Positions 43,656-47,112 of a stretch of 47,112 nt of DNA are shown one piece after another. This stretch comes from a virus. A model generated the notes under the pieces. The model was not told where the DNA came from. It did not search any database and saw nothing but the letters and a program-made list of their open reading frames with translations. A program made the position numbers and the translations under genes. The stretch lies in the IMG/VR virus record IMGVR_UViG_3300045988_044952; one strand, given 5' to 3'. How positions within the stretch are numbered: the stretch's first letter is position 1; each line of letters starts with the position of its first letter.

Positions 43656-43973
43656 TTATATCGGTTTATATGTGTAATCAATGCCGTTTTCAACAGCTTT
43701 GATACTGTCTATCTGGTCTTTATAGCAGCCACGGGAAGCAATCACACGGGCTTTGCTGACAGCTGCATTTTCACTTCCTGCATTAACATTCAGCCAATCA
43801 ATGCGCACACCGTCATTGTCCACAATGGAGATTTGAAAAGACTTGTGAGGTATGCGCTTCACAGAGCCTTTGCCGTTGCACTGGTAGCAAGGACCAGTCA
43901 TGCCGGATTTATAAATGAATTTGCCGGAACCATTACACTTGCTGCAAGTAACAATATCTGTTTTCATAGTCAT
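43656..43973 (-). CDS. Small zinc-finger protein (two CxxCxGxG motifs)
   Basis: CSKCNGSG and CYQCNGKG, like the DnaJ cysteine-rich motif. 105 aa. Confidence 0.55.
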   Translation of the reverse strand: MTMKTDIVTCSKCNGSGKFIYKSGMTGPCYQCNGKGSVKRIPHKSFQISIVDNDGVRIDWLNVNAGSENAAVSKARVIASRGCYKDQIDSIKAVENGIDYTYKPI

Positions 43974-43987
43974 TCACCATTCTTTCT

Positions 43988-44007
43988 GGGCGGCAGCAAT
44001 GCCGCCC
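43988..44007. repeat. GC hairpin copy 1 (GGGCGGCA-GCAA-TGCCGCCC) in front of the RBS of the 43973 gene
   Basis: Shares about 30 nt (TTCTTTCTGGGCGGCAGCARTGCCGCCC) with 44938-44965. Confidence 0.7.
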
Positions 44008-44014
44008 GGTTGCA

Positions 44015-44299
44015 TTATACTTCTTTTGCTTGCAATTCGTCCCATGTATGCTGGGCAAGTTCTGCCATAGCCTGCGGCGTTTCTTTCACGAACATTGCGA
44101 AAAGGAAAGTCAAGAACTGGCTTTTTGTGTCCTGCCATTCTTCCGCTGTCATATCCGGGTTTTCTTCCAACTTCATTTTCAGAAGCCGTTCTGTTATTTC
44201 CTGCCCAAAAGGAGTGTTAAGCGCTTTGCGTTCTGCCTGCGCTATCTTTTCCACAAATTCATCAAAGCTTCCAGCTATCATCATTTTTGCTTCCATCAT
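44015..44299 (-). CDS. Hypothetical protein
   Basis: 94 aa, helical and acidic. RBS AAAGGTGG. Confidence 0.5.
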   Translation of the reverse strand: MMEAKMMIAGSFDEFVEKIAQAERKALNTPFGQEITERLLKMKLEENPDMTAEEWQDTKSQFLTFLFAMFVKETPQAMAELAQHTWDELQAKEV

Positions 44300-44327
44300 T
44301 CATTCCACCTTTCTTTCCGGCTGGCTG

Positions 44328-44552
44328 CTATGCAATAGCAACCAGTCTTTCTGCACCCATTTTTCTTTCACGAACAACGCCATCTTGATTGCTTTTCAGA
44401 AGACAAGTGATTGTCTTTCCGGTCTTGCTTGGGATAAGGTCAACCACGGTGCTTGTATATCCGTAGTTCCACATGATAACGTCCCCGGTCTTTAATTCTT
44501 TTACTGCCTTTGCTTCCTGCTTGTTATATATTCCTTGAAGTTTTACTGTCAT
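44328..44552 (-). CDS. Hypothetical protein
   Basis: Start moved to ATG 44552 (MTVKLQG..) behind GGAGGGCAAAGCA. The ORF-track N-terminal extension runs through the promoter cassette. Confidence 0.55.
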   Translation of the reverse strand: MTVKLQGIYNKQEAKAVKELKTGDVIMWNYGYTSTVVDLIPSKTGKTITCLLKSNQDGVVRERKMGAERLVAIA

Positions 44553-44592
44553 TGCTTTGCCCTCCGTGTTCTGTATTTCTTTAACTGCCTTT

Positions 44593-44681
44593 ATTATATA
44601 CTTACGGAAGTATAAAAGCAATAGACACAATGCACAAACTTACGGAAGTATAATTGTATAATATGTATACTTCCGTAAGAT
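44593..44681 (-). promoter_or_regulatory. Promoter/operator cassette C (3 motif copies)
   Basis: Minus-strand promoter: TTGCTT (44616-44621), 17 nt, TATAAT (44593-44598). Motif copies at 44599-44612 (in the spacer), 44637-44650 and 44668-44681. Confidence 0.65.
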
Positions 44682-44690
44682 AAAAGCATT

Positions 44691-44924
44691 TTACATGGTG
44701 CCGATAAAATCAGAACTGGTCAGCGTCCAGAACTGCGCAGCGTGGATAGTTGGGAATTTTGGAATTTCCCATGTGATATTGTCATACACAATTTTATATA
44801 TACCATTCTGGTTGACTGTCAGATAATATTTATCTGTATCAGTTTTGCGGTCTGCCGGGTGCGTGTCCTGCACCATGAATGAAAGCCCGTTCTTTCTAAA
44901 GCGTCTATTATAAGATTTTGCCAT
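44691..44924 (-). CDS. Hypothetical protein
   Basis: 77 aa. RBS AAAGGTGA. No motif recognised. Confidence 0.5.
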   Translation of the reverse strand: MAKSYNRRFRKNGLSFMVQDTHPADRKTDTDKYYLTVNQNGIYKIVYDNITWEIPKFPTIHAAQFWTLTSSDFIGTM

Positions 44925-44945
44925 ATTATTTCACCTTTTCTTTCT

Positions 44946-44965
44946 GGGCGGCAGCAGTGCCGCCC
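44946..44965. repeat. GC hairpin copy 2 (GGGCGGCA-GCAG-TGCCGCCC) in front of the RBS of the 44924 gene
   Basis: Same stem as 43988-44007, and the same flanking TTCTTTCT. Confidence 0.7.
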
Positions 44966-44974
44966 GTGTAATGT

Positions 44975-45271
44975 TTAATCAAGCACACATTCCATTGATA
45001 TTGGGTATTGCGCTTGCAGCTTTTCAAATGCCTTTTCAGTGACACGATAGGAAAGCCAGTTTTCAATTTGCTGCTTGCAGCCAGCCACCCAGCAGACTTC
45101 CTGCTTTGTAATGCCCCTGCCGTTGAGTTCAAGCGGGGTATCTACAATGTAATAGTTACCGTAATGTGAAAGTCTGGCTTCCAGTTTCACGTCCGGTTTA
45201 CGTTGTCCCATTTCTGGGGTGTAGCAGTGCAGCCCGTTTATTCTGTCTTCTAAATAAATTATTTTTGCCAT
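44975..45271 (-). CDS. Hypothetical protein
   Basis: 98 aa. ATG 45271 behind GGAGGGCAAACGAT. No motif recognised. Confidence 0.55.
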   Translation of the reverse strand: MAKIIYLEDRINGLHCYTPEMGQRKPDVKLEARLSHYGNYYIVDTPLELNGRGITKQEVCWVAGCKQQIENWLSYRVTEKAFEKLQAQYPISMECVLD

Positions 45272-45312
45272 ATCGTTTGCCCTCCGTGTTCTGTATTTCC
45301 TTAACTGTCTTT

Positions 45313-45401
45313 ATTATATACTTACGGAAGTATAAAAGCAATAGACACAATGCACAAATATACTTCCGTAAGATTGTATAAAATGTATACTTCCGTAAGA
45401 A
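45313..45401. promoter_or_regulatory. Divergent promoter/operator cassette D (3 motif copies)
   Basis: Minus-strand promoter: TTGCTT (45336-45341), 17 nt, TATAAT (45313-45318). Motif copies at 45319-45332, 45361-45374 and 45388-45401. A possible plus-strand extended -10, TGATATACT, lies near 45411-45419. Confidence 0.6.
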
Positions 45402-45446
45402 AAGAAAGTGTGATATACTAATTAAAAATCACAGGAGGTGCAGAAA

Positions 45447-45689
45447 ATGCCAGATACAACAGAAAAGAAGACAATACCCAGAGGACCAGCAGCCACGGCA
45501 GCAAAAAATAAATACCGTGACAGCAATTATGACCGCATGGAACTTGCAGTGCCAAAGGGAATGAAAGCACGCATAAAAGAGATTGCGAAGCAGCAGGGCT
45601 ATTCTTCCCAGAACAACTATGTTGTGGAAGCGGTGAAAGAGAAATACAAGCGGGACACCGGGGAGGAATTGACGTGGCAGAAAGAGTAA
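45447..45689 (+). CDS. Ribbon-helix-helix (Arc/CopG-like) DNA-binding protein
   Basis: ATG 45447 lies 8 nt after AGGAGG. KYRDSNYDRMELAVPKGMKARIKEIAKQQGYSSQNNYVVEAVKEKY fits a beta-strand-helix-helix pattern. Confidence 0.6.
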   Translation: MPDTTEKKTIPRGPAATAAKNKYRDSNYDRMELAVPKGMKARIKEIAKQQGYSSQNNYVVEAVKEKYKRDTGEELTWQKE

Positions 45690-45859
45690 AAGAACAGGAA
45701 TTTGAAACGGGCTTTTTGCATGGCTGGGACGGCTCGGACTGTATATATTATACAGACGAAAAGTGCCTATATTATAATGACGCAGAAGCACCGTGCCACC
45801 ATTGCCACCACTACACAAGGAAGACACAACAGAAAGGGGGAATAGTCTATGGAATATAG
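45674..45859 (+). CDS. Small Cys/His-rich protein
   Basis: GTG start 7 nt after GGAGG. Contains CIYYTDEKCLYYNDAEAPCHHCHHY. Confidence 0.45.
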   Translation: MAERVKEQEFETGFLHGWDGSDCIYYTDEKCLYYNDAEAPCHHCHHYTRKTQQKGGIVYGI

Positions 45860-46124
45860 AATGAAAGATATTATGGAACCACCAAAGACATTGGAGGAGC
45901 AGAAGAAAGAAGCCAGAGAAGCGGCAATGGCAGCAGGAGCAGAGGTGCTGGGCGAAGAATGGAAGCCGGGAACACTGGAAAACGTGAAAAGACAGGTTGA
46001 AAACGCCTACACAGATTTAAAAGGGTGTGGACTATACAAAGAAGAAAAGCATTTCAGAAATGGAATGGACCTCATGTATAATAATGTGATTGACATTATA
46101 AATTCAGAACTGGGGAGGAAGTAG
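45849..46124 (+). CDS. Hypothetical protein
   Basis: 91 aa. RBS AAAGGGGG. Confidence 0.5.
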   Translation: MEYRMKDIMEPPKTLEEQKKEAREAAMAAGAEVLGEEWKPGTLENVKRQVENAYTDLKGCGLYKEEKHFRNGMDLMYNNVIDIINSELGRK

Positions 46125-46125
46125 C

Positions 46126-46281
46126 GTGGAAGAAAAGCGGTGCTGCATAATTCATAATTACTATGTATGCCCGGTATGCAAAACGGGGTACTGCAAACCG
46201 TTTGGAGAGGTGAAAACAAGACCAATACAGAAATGCAGGAAGTGCAATAAAACTGTTAGAATGACAATAAATGGAAAATAA
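46126..46281 (+). CDS. Small zinc-ribbon protein, 51 aa (below the ORF-track cutoff)
   Basis: GTG 46126 lies 7 nt after GGAGG. Translation: MEEKRCCIIHNYYVCPVCKTGYCKPFGEVKTRPIQKCRKCNKTVRMTINGK. Stop TAA at 46279-46281. Confidence 0.45.
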   Translation: MEEKRCCIIHNYYVCPVCKTGYCKPFGEVKTRPIQKCRKCNKTVRMTINGK

Positions 46282-46293
46282 TTAAAAAAACTA

Positions 46294-46322
46294 TTGATAA
46301 TATACTTCCGTAAGTATATAAT
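46294..46322 (+). promoter_or_regulatory. Promoter/operator cassette E
   Basis: TTGATA (46294-46299), 17 nt, TATAAT (46317-46322). The motif copy at 46303-46316 fills the spacer. Confidence 0.7.
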
Positions 46323-46388
46323 AAAGGCAGTTAAAGCAATAGTGCTTAACACAAAAAGTCAATACAATTCAATACGGAGGAAATCAAA

Positions 46389-46682
46389 ATGGCAGAAATG
46401 ACAAAGAAAGCATTAAACAAAATCAAGGCAGCAGCGTTCACAGAATTTAAGCAGGGTTTTTCAGAGGAAGAATTTAGAAACCTGTTCGCAGGCGGCAAGA
46501 ACGTAGTGACAGCGTGGAGAATTACAGAGGGAACAAAAAGCAAGATTGTGATTACACAGTATGACACGCAGATTAACACGAACACTTTACAGCAGGACGG
46601 CTTCACAGAAGCAGCAACAGCAGAAAAGCTGTTCTATGCTGACCGCCAGACAAAGACACTGGAATTTGTAGGCAGAATGTAA
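46389..46682 (+). CDS. Hypothetical protein
   Basis: 97 aa. ATG after ACGGAGGAAATCAAA. Confidence 0.55.
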   Translation: MAEMTKKALNKIKAAAFTEFKQGFSEEEFRNLFAGGKNVVTAWRITEGTKSKIVITQYDTQINTNTLQQDGFTEAATAEKLFYADRQTKTLEFVGRM

Positions 46683-46732
46683 AAAGACATTCCCGGCAGG
46701 TGGTAGGCTTGCCGGGAGGAATGGGGCATTGA

Positions 46733-46915
46733 ATGATAAACAAAGAAGCGGCGGCAGAATTTGCAAATAAAAACTGCGTGCGGTCAAATTGCTTCATGTG
46801 CAGAGAGGGTGACAAGTACGAAACATACAGAAAATGTCCGTTTTTGCCGTTGAAGCTGATTGCAAGAGAAAGAACGGTCACGGAAGAAGACGTGCCAGAC
46901 AATATGGGAGAATAA
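46733..46915 (+). CDS. Small Cys-rich protein
   Basis: 60 aa. Contains NCVRSNCFMCREGDKYETYRKC. Weak RBS. Confidence 0.35.
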   Translation: MINKEAAAEFANKNCVRSNCFMCREGDKYETYRKCPFLPLKLIARERTVTEEDVPDNMGE

Positions 46916-46959
46916 CAAAACCCCGGCAGGCAGCAGACTTGCTGGGGTTCGTTGCAGAG

Positions 46960-46988
46960 GGGTACACAGTCAGTGTGTAGCCTTTTTA
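46960..46988 (+). terminator. Stem-loop plus T5 run ending the accessory operon, next to the candidate attP
   Basis: GGTACACA-GTCAG-TGTGTA(G)CC followed by TTTTT (46983-46987). Confidence 0.5.
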
Positions 46989-46991
46989 TAT

Positions 46992-47037
46992 TTGTACTAA
47001 CTTAACACTGCCCACGGGTAGTGTCACATTAGTACAA
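46992..47037. other. Candidate attP: 46-bp imperfect dyad next to the serine integrase stop codon
   Basis: TTGTACTAACTTAACACTGCCCA | CGGGTAGTGTCACATTAGTACAA. The arms match in 18 of 23 positions as inverted repeats, with perfect 9-bp outer arms TTGTACTAA/TTAGTACAA. The right arm (= positions 2-24) ends 2 nt from the int stop codon (27-29). Confidence 0.4.
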
Positions 47038-47112
47038 CACTACCCAAAAACAACACCCGTGATATTCTGGTCATTATCAATTCTAATTTCTTTAATGACA
47101 GAACGCCAAAGC
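47014..47112. repeat. Right copy of the 99-nt exact terminal direct repeat
   Basis: Identical to 1-99. It contains a second partial copy of the integrase C-terminal coding sequence. Confidence 0.95.

Larger units (their letters stand above)
1..47013 (+). mobile_element. Complete temperate phage genome (contractile tail, lambda-like head module, P2/Mu-like baseplate), circularly closed
   Basis: Lysogeny, replication, partition, packaging, head, tail, DGR, lysis and accessory modules are all present. The exact 99-nt terminal overlap gives a unique length of 47013 nt. Confidence 0.85.

Noticed and set aside
43620-44495. 291-aa plus-strand ORF spanning the minus-strand accessory genes
   Set aside because: It has no RBS and a low-complexity Ser/Phe/Ala/Cys-rich composition. 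It runs through the bidirectional terminator and a GC hairpin, and is antisense to three minus-strand genes that each have an RBS and a promoter.
11467-46316. Repeated TACTTCCGTAAG units as a CRISPR array
   Set aside because: The copies are 14 nt long, occur in both orientations, are irregularly spaced at five separate loci and overlap -35/-10 boxes. They are operators, not CRISPR repeats. No CRISPR array is present in the window.
1-47112. Alternative genetic code or stop-codon reassignment
   Set aside because: TAA, TAG and TGA all terminate well-supported genes at expected lengths, for example int (TAG), terL (TAA) and DGR target 2 (TGA). The only recoding signal seen is the chaperone -1 frameshift.

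Overview
This window is one complete, circularly closed temperate phage genome. Positions 1-99 repeat exactly at 47014-47112, so the unique length is 47,013 nt. Gene content looks Firmicutes-type: AGGAGG ribosome-binding sites (RBS), a large serine integrase, an ArpU-like late regulator, a lysozyme-CHAP-LysM endolysin and an LL-H-type holin. Gene order: integrase, DUF4236 membrane protein and XRE repressor on the minus strand (27-3078); a divergent promoter/operator switch (3109-3211); early, replication and nuclease genes (3267-11459); a tRNA plus parA and a parB fusion (11607-14225); an ArpU-like regulator, two small-terminase-like genes and GpA-type TerL; a lambda-like head module (gpW, portal, ClpP-type protease/scaffold, gpD-like, gpE-like); a contractile tail with P2/Mu-like baseplate (25056-37426); a diversity-generating retroelement (DGR, 37433-40675); a lysis cassette (40653-43552); and an accessory region of small unrecognisable genes (43656-46915). 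The main system is the DGR. One template repeat (TR, 39085-39199) matches two variable repeats (VR) with adenine-specific differences. VR1 lies in the adjacent tail-fibre-module target. VR2 (4535-4649) lies in a paralogous target in the early/immunity region on the other side of the genome. That second cassette is bracketed by 23-nt direct repeats and keeps a conserved hairpin downstream of its VR. The second notable structure is a 14-nt pseudo-palindrome, TACTTCCGTAAGTA. It occurs 10 times (plus 1 degenerate copy) at five loci and sits in the spacer of four near-identical strong promoter/leader cassettes. These drive the par operon and the accessory genes, which suggests a phage-wide regulon whose regulator is unidentified. 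All family names come from motif recognition by eye; no database search was run.
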